Positions 1-9,761 of a stretch of DNA of 64,000 nucleotides are shown piece after piece (position 1 is the stretch's first letter; every line of letters begins with the position of its first letter). Both the position numbers and the translations under genes were made by a program. The notes under the pieces were generated by a model. It did no database searches, was not told the DNA's origin, and saw only the letters and a program-made list of their open reading frames with translations. The DNA is from a virus: the IMG/VR virus record IMGVR_UViG_3300046171_000225, positions 99,027-163,026 of that record, one strand, 5' to 3'.

Positions 1-186
1 AGACAAAGATAAAAAGAAAGCGCAGATTGAAGCTTTAGTCGAAGAACTTATCGAGACTCATGCTCTATTAAATTTAGTTACTTGACATTTATTGAGAGGC
101 GACTATGATGACAGGGTTCATAATTGGTATTTTTACCGGGTACTTGTTTGCTTACATTCAAGTAGCACTAGACAACGAGAAGGACA

Positions 187-387
187 ATGATTAGTATCTA
201 TGCACCGATGGTGACTTCAACACTGGCAGTGGTATGTGCTGTGTTCCTTATTGCAACCGGCGACTTCGCAGGGGCAGGAGCTTGGCTTATCTTTTCCACG
301 ATCATGATGTTGGTCGCTAGGTTTGAGGCTTTCTTGCAGCAAGCTGTTAAGATCCGCGCAGAGGTCCAGGGGCAAGAAGAAGGATAA
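187..387 (+). CDS. small membrane protein, hypothetical
   Basis: 66-aa ORF with two hydrophobic segments and an AGGA RBS. Confidence 0.6.
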   Translation: MISIYAPMVTSTLAVVCAVFLIATGDFAGAGAWLIFSTIMMLVARFEAFLQQAVKIRAEVQGQEEG

Positions 388-425
388 GCTAACTATTTAT
401 TAGTGTCTCAGAGGAGCACTAATAA

Positions 426-650
426 ATGATTAGATGGATTCCAATATTTCTTGTTTCGTGTAGTTCCCTCGCGGGTTACGTTGACGTCAAGCCTGAGATA
501 GAAAATTTTGATGAGCCACTTGACACTTTGAAAGAAGAAGTTATAGACTCTGATAGTATCTGGGACACAGGTTTTGATGGTGATACGAGTAAAGTAAAAA
601 AAGAATCAGACACGGGAGTTTTTATTCCTTACCCTGATGACACGTATTGA
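426..650 (+). CDS. hypothetical, possibly exported or lipoprotein-like
   Basis: GAGGAG RBS; hydrophobic N-terminus with Cys; ACTATTTAT motif upstream at 392. Confidence 0.5.
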   Translation: MIRWIPIFLVSCSSLAGYVDVKPEIENFDEPLDTLKEEVIDSDSIWDTGFDGDTSKVKKESDTGVFIPYPDDTY

Positions 651-788
651 GGAAGATATGAACGACGAAGAATCAAAAAAGAATGTACACTACCTTATGT
701 CAGCTTGGATGTTGGGTACAGTTGCGTTCTTTAGTCTCTTCAGTTATATGTTCCTACACTACTTTTCTAATTGATCCGTGGAGGGATT

Positions 789-1289
789 ATGAATGTGAAG
801 ACAATGGTCGAAAAGCTTACTGCTCTCGGTGTTACTGACGATACAGATATTAGTTTCACCTTTTCTGATTTTGCCGAAGTGATGCACTACACTGGCGATT
901 ACATAGAAAAGACGATTGATGAAACAGATTTTCTTTACACAATCTGTGATGTGATTAAATCTGATGCTTTTGAGGACAATCACATTATTGAAGAGATGGA
1001 TGATAACTGCCTTCTCCCAGAATGGGACGAAGACGAGTATGAGGATGAACAAGAATGGCAAGACCACCGTGAAGATACCATTCCTGATGTCCTTCAAGAG
1101 CAGTGGTTTGAATACGGTTGGGTTGATAGCAGCCTGACCCAGTACGACCATAAGCGAGGTCGTTGCGACGTTTCTTGTGAGTTCTCTATCCCATTCTCGA
1201 AGGTCCGAGAGCGTCAGGATGACTACTGGATGTCATGTGAAGTTTCAGTTGATATCCCAGACAGTGGACATATGACTTTCAACATTTGA
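789..1289 (+). CDS. acidic hypothetical phage protein
   Basis: GGAGGG RBS precedes the MNVKT start; long acidic ORF. Confidence 0.65.
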   Translation: MNVKTMVEKLTALGVTDDTDISFTFSDFAEVMHYTGDYIEKTIDETDFLYTICDVIKSDAFEDNHIIEEMDDNCLLPEWDEDEYEDEQEWQDHREDTIPDVLQEQWFEYGWVDSSLTQYDHKRGRCDVSCEFSIPFSKVRERQDDYWMSCEVSVDIPDSGHMTFNI

Positions 1290-1356
1290 TCTAGGAGAAT
1301 CTTTCAGGCCCTAAGGGAGCTAAGCTCCACTGCCAACAAATAACCACACGCATTAT

Positions 1357-1433
1357 AGGGCGGTAGCCAAGTGGTTAAGGCAGCGGTCTTATATACCGAA
1401 GATTCGTGGGTTCAAATCCCACCCGCCCTACCA
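1357..1433 (+). tRNA. tRNA-Ile (anticodon UAU)
   Basis: Acceptor stem AGGGCGG/CCGCCCT plus A-CCA; anticodon loop CT-TAT-AT at 1388-1394; T arm GTGGG-TTCAAAT-CCCAC. Confidence 0.88.
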
Positions 1434-1481
1434 CTTTCCGCTTACACACCGGATTATAGTGTGATAACAAAGGATAATAAA

Positions 1482-1670
1482 ATGAAGTTTCTAGAAAAGA
1501 ACAGCAAGATTTCAAATGGTTTTATTGTTGCGACCCTCCTGTCAATCGTGGGTTCAATCATAATTTGGAACACTGCGGGCTCTGACCCTGCACATATCGA
1601 GCGCCTTGCCCTGTTTGTTGGCCTCTGGGCTCCAACATTTATGGGCTTTGCTAACTATTACTCCGAGTGA
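1482..1670 (+). CDS. small two-TM membrane protein (ERLALFVGLWAPT type)
   Basis: AAGGA RBS before ATG 1482; the upstream part of the track ORF overlaps the tRNA. Confidence 0.65.
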   Translation: MKFLEKNSKISNGFIVATLLSIVGSIIIWNTAGSDPAHIERLALFVGLWAPTFMGFANYYSE

Positions 1671-1714
1671 TATGTTAGTCTCGCTGGCACACCGGCTATA
1701 GTGTGCCAACCTTT

Positions 1715-1787
1715 GGATCCTTAGCTCAATTGGCAGAGCTCCGGACTTTTAATCCGTAGGTTCTGGGTTCGAGTCCCAGAGGATCCA
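1715..1787 (+). tRNA. tRNA-Lys (UUU)
   Basis: Acceptor GGATCCT/AGGATCC; loop CT-TTT-AA; GGTTCGAGTCC T loop; CCA not encoded. Confidence 0.92.
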
Positions 1788-1810
1788 CTTTTATTTATTA
1801 GGATGTCGTC

Positions 1811-2035
1811 ATGAAACAGTATAGAAAAGGTGATCGTTTCGAGGTCTTGAAGAAAGGCGAAGATACGAGCGGCAGTAAGGTTTCTAAGGGATCTATCGTT
1901 GTCATGTACGACATGTCTCTTGGATGCAACCCTCCTCCCAGCAATAGTTTTTATCTGAAGATCAAAGGTGTGACAACCGAAGGTCAAATAATTGATTGGC
2001 ATCTAGACAGCAGATATGTTAAAAAGATTATGTAG
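1811..2035 (+). CDS. hypothetical protein
   Basis: 74-aa ORF with AGGA RBS. Confidence 0.55.
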   Translation: MKQYRKGDRFEVLKKGEDTSGSKVSKGSIVVMYDMSLGCNPPPSNSFYLKIKGVTTEGQIIDWHLDSRYVKKIM

Positions 2036-2276
2036 GAGATAGAAAATGTCGCTTCAGATATTTTTTTCTTTGGTCTTGTCTATTGGGTGGTTTACTGTTT
2101 GTGTTATTGCAGTTATCGCTCTTGCTAGTATACTTTGGGAATAATAAGGAGGTAGAAAATGTTTGACTGGGCAGATTTTTCTGTTTTGATGATCATGATT
2201 GCACATTTTGTTGCTTTGGTTCCTTCCTTCTAATTACAGAGGGAGGGAATATTATTTGGTAGCTAAGAGAGAAGAA

Positions 2277-2771
2277 ATGTACATGTACCAAGCATTGAAG
2301 CTAGACGCTTCCTACAGGCCGATTGGCATTGTACCGTCGCTGGATGCCTTGGTTTCTTCTATCGTAGGAAAATCAACAGTTCTTGAGACCCACGATAAAT
2401 ATATTTCTTCAGCTCGTGCTACATTTGCTTTACCATCAGTGATCGTAATCGACAGGGTTGCGAAGAAAGGAAAAACATTTCCTTGCAACAGAAACAATGT
2501 CTTTATTAGAGACTGTGGAATTTGTCAGTATTGCAGCAAGAAACTGACTAAAGCAACATGCACTCTTGATCACGTTATTCCGAGAAGTAAAGGCGGAAAC
2601 CTATCTTGGGATAATATTGTTTTGTGCTGTATGCCATGCAACCAGAAGAAAGGGTCAAAAACTCTTTCACAAACTGGGATGAAACTTTTACGTCAACCCA
2701 AGCCTCTGTCCTATAGAGAGTATCTTTTGAACAATCCTCTTGACAGTGAGTCTTGGAAGGACTACATATAG
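2277..2771 (+). CDS. HNH endonuclease
   Basis: RDCGICQYC...TLDHVIPRSKGG...WDNIVLCCMPCNQKKG motifs; start chosen at the internal ATG. Confidence 0.9.
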   Translation: MYMYQALKLDASYRPIGIVPSLDALVSSIVGKSTVLETHDKYISSARATFALPSVIVIDRVAKKGKTFPCNRNNVFIRDCGICQYCSKKLTKATCTLDHVIPRSKGGNLSWDNIVLCCMPCNQKKGSKTLSQTGMKLLRQPKPLSYREYLLNNPLDSESWKDYI

Positions 2772-2779
2772 TTTTATAA

Positions 2780-2856
<77 letters not shown>

Positions 2857-3040
2857 CTTTACAACATGGAGTAGTCATGACACGCGAAGAAATGATTGAT
2901 GCTATCGTAAATGATGTAGACAATTGGGATCTAGACAATATTTTTGAATGGATTCAGAACGAGATGCGTGTTAAACTCAATGGCCTATCAATTGATGATA
3001 TTGCCGAAGAGTATTCCATGGTAGCAAGTAACGAACATTA

Positions 3041-3122
<82 letters not shown>

Positions 3123-3130
3123 TTTTTTTC

Positions 3131-3158
3131 TTGACAGACTATTTTGGTTTGTTATTTT
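3131..3158 (+). promoter_or_regulatory. sigma70-like early promoter
   Basis: TTGACA-N16-TATTTT upstream of ORF 3186. Confidence 0.45.
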
Positions 3159-3185
3159 GAAAGAGCCGAAAGGCAAGGAGTAATC

Positions 3186-3386
3186 ATGAAGTTCAACAAG
3201 AGCAAGACCACAAGTAACTCGGTCTTCAACATTAGCCGCAACACTACCGCCAAGAAGGCTGGTATCAACAACCTCTCCATCACCACAAAGTCTGAGGACT
3301 GGCGTGTCACCGACACAACTGTTCGCATGACTCTCCGTGATGCTCGTGCTCTCAAGCAGTTCTTGAACGAGAACCTTACCGACTGA
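3186..3386 (+). CDS. small basic hypothetical protein
   Basis: AAGGAG RBS then MKFNKSK. Confidence 0.7.
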   Translation: MKFNKSKTTSNSVFNISRNTTAKKAGINNLSITTKSEDWRVTDTTVRMTLRDARALKQFLNENLTD

Positions 3387-3395
3387 GGACGAAAG

Positions 3396-3899
3396 ATGCC
3401 TAACGGTCAGAGGAGCCTTGATCCACTCGCGGACATATCGCTCGTGAAAAGAAAGACTATGTCTTTTGGAAATGAAATTCCACATGGACTTCGAGTAGAA
3501 GTTTATTGGAACCATCGCAAGAAAATGTTTTCTGTTCGCACACTAGAAAACTTTTCTCTGCACTTTACAAAAGGCAAAGTTATCAGGCACCTCTACACCG
3601 TTAGGTTATCTGACGTTTCCTTTGTTGTTCAGCAGGCCGGAAGGCAAAAAGAGTTAGAGGAAGGAAGAAGAATTGTTCATGCTCTCTGTCGAGGCAAGAT
3701 CGAATATCCTATTCTCGAAAACAAAAATAAGAATATCCCTATTATTGGGGAAGAAGTAATTTACGACCCCAGCGTTCATTACTCTTTTGTCACACAAAAA
3801 ACTAAAGAACCAATCTATGAAGCAAAAGGTATTTTCCTTGACACAATGATTGGTGGTGGCGTTGGTGCTTATCCAAGAATCACACTATATAAATTGTAA
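3396..3899 (+). CDS. conserved phage hypothetical protein
   Basis: VEVYWNHRKKMFSVR...VHA...YDP...SFV pattern, recognised as a recurring phage family. Confidence 0.6.
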   Translation: MPNGQRSLDPLADISLVKRKTMSFGNEIPHGLRVEVYWNHRKKMFSVRTLENFSLHFTKGKVIRHLYTVRLSDVSFVVQQAGRQKELEEGRRIVHALCRGKIEYPILENKNKNIPIIGEEVIYDPSVHYSFVTQKTKEPIYEAKGIFLDTMIGGGVGAYPRITLYKL

Positions 3900-3941
3900 T
3901 ACAATCACACCCTAGGGTATTATATATTGTGAGGACAACAA

Positions 3942-4076
3942 ATGAAAAAGAAGAAAGCACCAAAGAAAAGAAATGTTGTTGTCCTAAACATGATCTCACG
4001 ACGGCAGAAAGCTGGCCCTCATCCTAACAAGAAGAGGAAAGAGAATAAAAAGGCTTGCCGTGGCAAGGTTACTTGA
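3942..4076 (+). CDS. small basic peptide (44 aa, not in ORF track)
   Basis: GAGGA RBS; MKKKKAPKKRNVVVLNMISRRQKAGPHPNKKRKENKKACRGKVT. Confidence 0.6.
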   Translation: MKKKKAPKKRNVVVLNMISRRQKAGPHPNKKRKENKKACRGKVT

Positions 4077-4109
4077 CTACACTCCGAACGAAACCAATGT
4101 GAGGTAGAT

Positions 4110-4838
4110 ATGCTCAAGGCGACTGGCGGAAACTCCAAGCTACGGAAGACCAGCAAGAAGGTGAAGGCATATCTTGAAGAGCATGGCTCTCTGGATGGTT
4201 TCGTTCCACGCAAGGGAGCCTACAGGGTCTTTTCCTTCAACATTCCCGCAGGCGGTTATGAATTGGATGGCAAGAAATATATTACTTGCCCCGGCGCTGG
4301 ACCGTGTCTCGATGTATGCTACGCGAGACAAGGCACTTATCTTTTCAAGGGCTCCAAGAAACTCCGTATTGAGAACCATCAGACTCTCTTGCGTCTGCGT
4401 CGCACCGGAGGCCACGAAGCTGTTGTAGAGGCCCTACAGGGCGTAGTAGATAGCCTTCCAAGGACAACTGCAGTCTTGCGCCTGCATGACAGCGGTGATT
4501 ACTTCAAGGTTTGGTATCTCTCTGCTTGGATTGAAGTAGCAAAGAATAACCCGGACATTCTTTTCTATTGCTACACAAAGAGTATTCCTTTCTTTACTGG
4601 CTTGGACGAGAATACTCCTTCTAACTTCCGAACAACAAAATCTTATGGTGGCAAGTTTGATCATCTGATCGAAGGATCTAACTCTAAAATCTTTGAGACA
4701 GAGGAAGATAGGATCGACGCAGGGTACATTGATGGTAACGATTCTGATATGCCAGCGATTGTTGGCGAAGAACAGATTGGGCTTGTCTATCATGGAGTCA
4801 AGAAGCCTACAGCAGAAAACTTTGCTGCCCTAGCTTGA
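4110..4838 (+). CDS. GP88-family protein (Cys-cluster, radical-SAM-like)
   Basis: GNSKL...FNIPAG...TCPGAGPCLDVCYA...RLHDSGDYF...FYCYTKS motifs. Confidence 0.8.
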   Translation: MLKATGGNSKLRKTSKKVKAYLEEHGSLDGFVPRKGAYRVFSFNIPAGGYELDGKKYITCPGAGPCLDVCYARQGTYLFKGSKKLRIENHQTLLRLRRTGGHEAVVEALQGVVDSLPRTTAVLRLHDSGDYFKVWYLSAWIEVAKNNPDILFYCYTKSIPFFTGLDENTPSNFRTTKSYGGKFDHLIEGSNSKIFETEEDRIDAGYIDGNDSDMPAIVGEEQIGLVYHGVKKPTAENFAALA

Positions 4839-4895
4839 CAGGTTCTGGGAACCCTACACCCATTTTATTTGACAACCAGACACAACGAGAAAAAG

Positions 4896-5117
4896 ATGCA
4901 GAGTAAAGTTATTGCTTCGCTGTCCGCAGAAACCCCAAAAGGACAGATTTATGTAACAGTCAGGCTTTCTCCTGAAGACAAGACGCCGATTGTTACCATA
5001 GATACTCCTGACTGGGACGAGCTCTATGATGAGGACGGACCTGGGTTGCGCCTTTGGTTGAATGATTTTCTTCTTCACGAAGGAGTAGAGCTTCCTTCCC
5101 GACGTGTCTGCGGCTAA
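4896..5117 (+). CDS. hypothetical protein
   Basis: ORF (GPGLRLWLND) downstream of a TTGACA box. Confidence 0.5.
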   Translation: MQSKVIASLSAETPKGQIYVTVRLSPEDKTPIVTIDTPDWDELYDEDGPGLRLWLNDFLLHEGVELPSRRVCG

Positions 5118-5143
5118 TATCTAAAAACTGTAGGAGTGTTCAA

Positions 5144-5452
5144 ATGAATTTTAGCACACACAATGATGGCCGTGTCAACATAAATGGAACGTCGCTTCAA
5201 GGGTATCTTGAAGCCGACTACCAGACGCTGAAGGCTGCGTTTGGAGAGCCGATGCAGTGTGGTGGTCCCAAGGTCAAGTGGGAATGGTGTCTCCAGTTTG
5301 AAGACGAGGAAATTGCTACGGTCTATGACTGGAAGAACTATCACCTATCGGAGCCAGAGCAGGTTGTGACTTGGCATATTGGTGGATTCAACAGGAATAT
5401 CTTTGAAAGAGTAAAGAAGATTATTGCTGACGTTCAAAAGCAGACAGTTTGA
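5144..5452 (+). CDS. conserved phage hypothetical protein
   Basis: GTSLQGY...FGEP...KVKWEW...ATVYDWK...WHIGG pattern; AGGAG RBS. Confidence 0.75.
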   Translation: MNFSTHNDGRVNINGTSLQGYLEADYQTLKAAFGEPMQCGGPKVKWEWCLQFEDEEIATVYDWKNYHLSEPEQVVTWHIGGFNRNIFERVKKIIADVQKQTV

Positions 5453-5586
5453 TCTTTGGAGAGAAAATGCTTGAGTACGAAGAAGGAATTATTTATGCTA
5501 CGATCATAGTAAATAGCATGATCTATGCTGGTGCTCTGATTACTTTCTTTCTCGCACCAGAGTTATTAGCACACTAGGACAGTAGA

Positions 5587-5820
5587 ATGTTTCATTATCT
5601 CCGGCCTTCGGAAATAGAAGTGTGGCAGAAGGTTCAACACTTCAGGGCAAATGAAGTAAGTTGGGATAGAGAGAAGAAATACTTTCTTGTTTGGGCGGAT
5701 ACTGACTCGCCCGAAAGCCTAACGGAAAATGCCAGTTGGAGAGACGAACATTACCGTGGCTGGATCGACAGAGACTTCCAGTATGTGTTGGACACTATGA
5801 ATTTGCTTGACGGACGATAG
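5587..5820 (+). CDS. hypothetical protein
   Basis: 77-aa ORF with AGGA RBS. Confidence 0.55.
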   Translation: MFHYLRPSEIEVWQKVQHFRANEVSWDREKKYFLVWADTDSPESLTENASWRDEHYRGWIDRDFQYVLDTMNLLDGR

Positions 5821-5860
5821 CCTAGTGATTAGGTTATCGTCCTAACTCGTTGGAGGGCCT

Positions 5861-6073
5861 ATGCTGATTGATAAGCTGCTGTTACTCATCCTTGTCTTCT
5901 TTGGGGGTCTTATCTCCTGTGCTTCCTCTGACTCTGACGAGCAGGAAAGATTTGTAAAGGTCTACGAACAGGCTGCATGGGTGGTTTGGAAGGATACAGT
6001 GTCGGGTCAATGTCATGCCCAGTACGATAGGGATCGCGCTGCTGCTGTTGTTCAAAACGTGCCATGCCAGTGA
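5861..6073 (+). CDS. small putative lipoprotein
   Basis: Hydrophobic signal ending LISC; GGAGG RBS; TTGACG-N17-TAGGTT upstream. Confidence 0.55.
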   Translation: MLIDKLLLLILVFFGGLISCASSDSDEQERFVKVYEQAAWVVWKDTVSGQCHAQYDRDRAAAVVQNVPCQ

Positions 6074-6541
6074 TGAAGAATAATGGTTGTGGTTGAGAAA
6101 AGAACGATCATTTGTGAGGGAAGAAATGTTTGAGACTTTCATTGGCATTTTCTTTATGTTGGTTCTGATTGCGGGATTCTTTTCTCTTATGGGATTTATT
6201 TTCCGTAACCTAGTCGGAATCATCTTTGCCACCGTGGTCATCGGCGTCTTCTTCCTGTCCATGGGTGGTTCGACTCTATGAAAAAACCTCCTTGACACAA
6301 AACGACAAATTGTTAGTAGTGTCAGGGAGGTTTATTATGGAACACAACATTGAATTGATCGAGGAAGAAAGAGAGTCTATTTTATCTTTTGCAGGTTATT
6401 TTTTAGACAACGAGGCTCTTTGTATAGGTGATAGCACAGATGATGGAACACCAATACCTGATTGGGCGTTTTCAGATTTTGAGTTGACGCCAGCTTGATA
6501 TATGATTAGGCGATCCGTGAAACCACAGCAGGAGTGTTCAA

Positions 6542-6952
6542 ATGAACTACGACGAGATGAAGAAGAAGAACACCGAGATTTTGTTGGCGAAGCTAAAAGA
6601 CTTGGGTGTTACTCGCGCAGAAGTGTTGTATTCTGGTGGTGGCGACTCGGGTGATTTTACGGATCCCTGTTTGTTTACTTCGGAAGGTCCGTGTGATGAT
6701 CCTATTTTCAAGCAGATTGTTGTTCAATACAGCAGGTATTTCAATGAAAGTTGGGAGATTGGAGAAAAAGATGTGGGCCTCGAAGAAGCCTTCATGGACT
6801 ATGCAGAGTCAATCCTAGAGCGGCATCACCCCGGCTGGGAAATCAATGAAGGAAGTAATGGAACCATGAATTTTTCTTTTGAAGAAATGAAAGTTACCAT
6901 TGACCACACCTACCATGAACCAGTTTCAGACTGGGATACTTACGCCCTATGA
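6542..6952 (+). CDS. DUF6878-like phage protein
   Basis: YSGGGDSG and GWEINEGSNG motifs. Confidence 0.65.
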   Translation: MNYDEMKKKNTEILLAKLKDLGVTRAEVLYSGGGDSGDFTDPCLFTSEGPCDDPIFKQIVVQYSRYFNESWEIGEKDVGLEEAFMDYAESILERHHPGWEINEGSNGTMNFSFEEMKVTIDHTYHEPVSDWDTYAL

Positions 6953-7386
6953 GCGAAGCAAAGTTTCTTTTCGAGGTGGAGCAGGAAGTATCTGATCTCC
7001 CAGAAGGATACTTTCGTTATGCTAGTGAAGCATGGGCTTCTTTCGTGCTTCCAAAGAAACTTCTTCCTCTCATTCAAAAGATGTGTGAGGGGATTGAAGA
7101 ACCAAGGATTACTTATGAGGTCCGGAAAATAAAAGCTGGACAACACTTTAGCCATGGCCGTTGGCACACTGATGGGAAAAAAGAAGGAGACGAGACACAC
7201 CGTCTTCTTACCATCGGAGGAAAACCAACGGAGGGGCATGGTGGAAAGATTCTTCATGCCGGAATGGTATGGGAATACGATGGAGCCTACCGTCATCGGG
7301 CAGTCCCAACAGACAAGGACTGCAAAAGATTCCTACTACGTGTGAGCAGAACGTCTATGCCTTATCGGAACCGTTGGGTCCGGTAG
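6949..7386 (+). CDS. hypothetical protein, possible 2OG-Fe/cupin-like fold
   Basis: WHTDG...HRA...RFLLRV resembles an HxD...H...R arrangement; ATGA overlap with the upstream gene. Confidence 0.45.
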   Translation: MSEAKFLFEVEQEVSDLPEGYFRYASEAWASFVLPKKLLPLIQKMCEGIEEPRITYEVRKIKAGQHFSHGRWHTDGKKEGDETHRLLTIGGKPTEGHGGKILHAGMVWEYDGAYRHRAVPTDKDCKRFLLRVSRTSMPYRNRWVR

Positions 7387-7458
7387 GGTATTCTTTCTTT
7401 GTAGAAAGGTTGACACCTTCTCCCGATGTGACTACGACATTTGTAGCCGGGAGGAATC

Positions 7459-7689
7459 ATGGGCTGGTTCGGTTCTGTTAGTGCAATTTTGAACTACCTG
7501 CGGGTTGTCAACGCAGACCGCGACGAGGAAGGAAACTTTCTTATCGCTGGAGAAAACATTTCTACTGGCTTCGGAGGACAAGATGCTGTTGTCTCCGAGA
7601 AGACAGTTTATTTTGTCGATGGCCAAGAAAAGAATCTTGCTCATGGTCTGAACGGCATGAGTCAGGGCCTTGCAGCAAAAGTATTCTGA
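7459..7689 (+). CDS. hypothetical protein
   Basis: GGAGG RBS; TTGACA box at 7410. Confidence 0.6.
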   Translation: MGWFGSVSAILNYLRVVNADRDEEGNFLIAGENISTGFGGQDAVVSEKTVYFVDGQEKNLAHGLNGMSQGLAAKVF

Positions 7690-7702
7690 AAGGGGAAAGA
7701 AA

Positions 7703-7960
7703 ATGTTTATTGACCACGAGATTTTTGATGATGGTACAGAGATCGAGCAGCATCGTACAGACGAGCGAGGAGCGATTCTTTGGTCCTTTGCCAACGGAGA
7801 CTATAAGCTCCAGCTTCTAGTCAATGATGAAATGGGGTATAGACTTACCACCAAGGGCTACTGCCGTCGCACCAAAGACCTAGAGCTCTTGAAGGGCGAG
7901 CGCGAGCGTTGGATGGAGTTGGGCAGCACCATCGACCGGTGGGCGGAGAAAACTATTTGA
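7703..7960 (+). CDS. hypothetical protein
   Basis: Start at MFIDHE after the preceding stop. Confidence 0.55.
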   Translation: MFIDHEIFDDGTEIEQHRTDERGAILWSFANGDYKLQLLVNDEMGYRLTTKGYCRRTKDLELLKGERERWMELGSTIDRWAEKTI

Positions 7961-8000
7961 AGGCCCGACATTCAGCGCCAATTTTTTCACAGGAGGGAAC

Positions 8001-8183
8001 ATGGAAAAGGTTTGGGACTACGAATGTTTTGATGAAACGATTAGCTTCGCAGAAAGTTTGGGTTGGGTTGACCCTCTAGGCGATGATGCTACCCCCAACC
8101 TCATCGACGAAACAGAGGGCGATGCTCTCAATTTTATCCAAGCAAAAGGATATGCTATCCGTGTTGACGGAGAAATCCTATGA
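8001..8183 (+). CDS. hypothetical protein
   Basis: AGGAGG RBS. Confidence 0.6.
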   Translation: MEKVWDYECFDETISFAESLGWVDPLGDDATPNLIDETEGDALNFIQAKGYAIRVDGEIL

Positions 8184-8394
8184 CGTACAAAGAATTATTT
8201 GAAAGGTTGAAGAATCTTACTCCAACCCAGTTTGAACAAAACGTAACGATCTACGTGGCGGACCTAGACGAGTACCACCCTGCTTGGCAGGTTGGCGTTG
8301 CAGACGAGGAACAATCTGTTCTTGACGAAGACCATATCTTTTTGACAGTCTAAACTGACTACGATACATTACGAACACAACAGAGGAGAGGACA

Positions 8395-8754
8395 ATGGGT
8401 ATCCGTTCAGAAGTAGCTTTCGCAGCCAAGCCAAACGTAGTAAATAACCTTACGACAGAGTCTCGTGCGACCCTTCTTCGTTACTTTGGAGAGCCTACGG
8501 AAACTACGGACGAAGGAACGCTATGGTTCGTTGAAGGTATTAAGTGGTATAGTACGGCCTATGACGACCTTATTGCGCTCTATAAAGACCTTGGTGAAAA
8601 CCATGCCTTTGATCAAGTTGATTATTTTCTTATTGAAGCCTGCTACGATTATCCCGAACATGGAAGTGAGGCGGATATTGGGGAATGGTACGATAATCCT
8701 TGGGGAGTAACAAAGAATATCAGCGTTAGTGTGGATTTTGAATTGACAGTCTAG
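8395..8754 (+). CDS. conserved phage hypothetical protein (MGxRSEV type)
   Basis: MGIRSEVAF...IKWY pattern; strong RBS; TTGACA-N17-TACATT at 8342. Confidence 0.7.
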   Translation: MGIRSEVAFAAKPNVVNNLTTESRATLLRYFGEPTETTDEGTLWFVEGIKWYSTAYDDLIALYKDLGENHAFDQVDYFLIEACYDYPEHGSEADIGEWYDNPWGVTKNISVSVDFELTV

Positions 8755-8770
8755 CTAAAGGAAAAAAATC

Positions 8771-8977
8771 ATGTTCCCAGAAAATTTCTTTGACAAGGTC
8801 AAGTATTTTGAAGACAACCCCAATAGGTGGAACGGTGGGTCGTCTAGTGAGGTTTACCTCATGCTAGAGGGGTATTGCCAAGACCTATGGGAGATGCACT
8901 ACAAGGGATGGACAAGGGAACACCTCAAGCAGATGATTGTTATCCTTGACGGCGAGATTGATGAAGGCTACGAGTGA
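8771..8977 (+). CDS. hypothetical protein
   Basis: 68-aa ORF with AAGGA RBS. Confidence 0.55.
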   Translation: MFPENFFDKVKYFEDNPNRWNGGSSSEVYLMLEGYCQDLWEMHYKGWTREHLKQMIVILDGEIDEGYE

Positions 8978-9004
8978 TAGAGAAATAATTTGTAGGAGCC
9001 AGCC

Positions 9005-9412
9005 ATGGATGAACCAGTAAACCTTGTGACCTTTCCCGAGCCCACAGAGCACCAGACCATGTTGTGGTCCACGGGGGAGAAGAGATACCAACTAAAAGCT
9101 CGTGCCAGCTACCATAGGGGAGCGGCTGTCACGGTAGGCGACCTAAAGGTTCATCCAAACTTCCGAGAAACAGAAAAAGTTTTCACCGAAGGAGTAAAGA
9201 TTCCGGTGACGTGGGAACATATTTCTCGGGCGGTTGAAGAAAAAGAAAAGTGGGAAAGGTTTGAAGAGTATTGTTTGGTCGACAATATTTTTTATATCGG
9301 AGAGGATGGAAAAAAGATAATTGGTACCGTCCAAAGAAATCATCGAAAGACCTACTACCAGCCAGACCGTATGGGCTATCCAGTGGCAGTTCTTACGGAT
9401 GAGGATGAATAA
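9005..9412 (+). CDS. hypothetical protein
   Basis: AGGAG RBS; followed by a terminator. Confidence 0.6.
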   Translation: MDEPVNLVTFPEPTEHQTMLWSTGEKRYQLKARASYHRGAAVTVGDLKVHPNFRETEKVFTEGVKIPVTWEHISRAVEEKEKWERFEEYCLVDNIFYIGEDGKKIIGTVQRNHRKTYYQPDRMGYPVAVLTDEDE

Positions 9413-9438
9413 ATCTTTCTCTACAACCAAAAGAAAAT

Positions 9439-9474
9439 AACCCTCTAACCCAGTACGGGAAGGAGGGTTTTTTT
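9439..9474 (+). terminator. Rho-independent terminator
   Basis: AACCCTC...GAGGGTT stem followed by a T run. Confidence 0.65.
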
Positions 9475-9533
9475 GTGGACACTCTAAAGACAACGGAATA
9501 GGCCCTTGGTGAACCTCAAATTGGAGTGGCACC

Positions 9534-9761
9534 ATGCAAAGATTGATAGATGCTATTCGGAATGATGAATTGGTTGGCCGTGGTACGTGTAGCTCCATTG
9601 ACGAGTGCTACGACGACATAGACTTGGTTGATTCTCTCAACGAGGAAGACATCACCACACCCGAAGGTGCGGTGAAATGGGCAAGGGAACGAGAAGGTCT
9701 TTGGCAGGAGAAAGGAAGCAACGCTCGTTGGGGCGAAGACAACGATCTTTTCTACTTCTAG
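9534..9761 (+). CDS. hypothetical protein
   Basis: GGAG RBS; VGRGTCSSIDEC. Confidence 0.6.
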   Translation: MQRLIDAIRNDELVGRGTCSSIDECYDDIDLVDSLNEEDITTPEGAVKWAREREGLWQEKGSNARWGEDNDLFYF

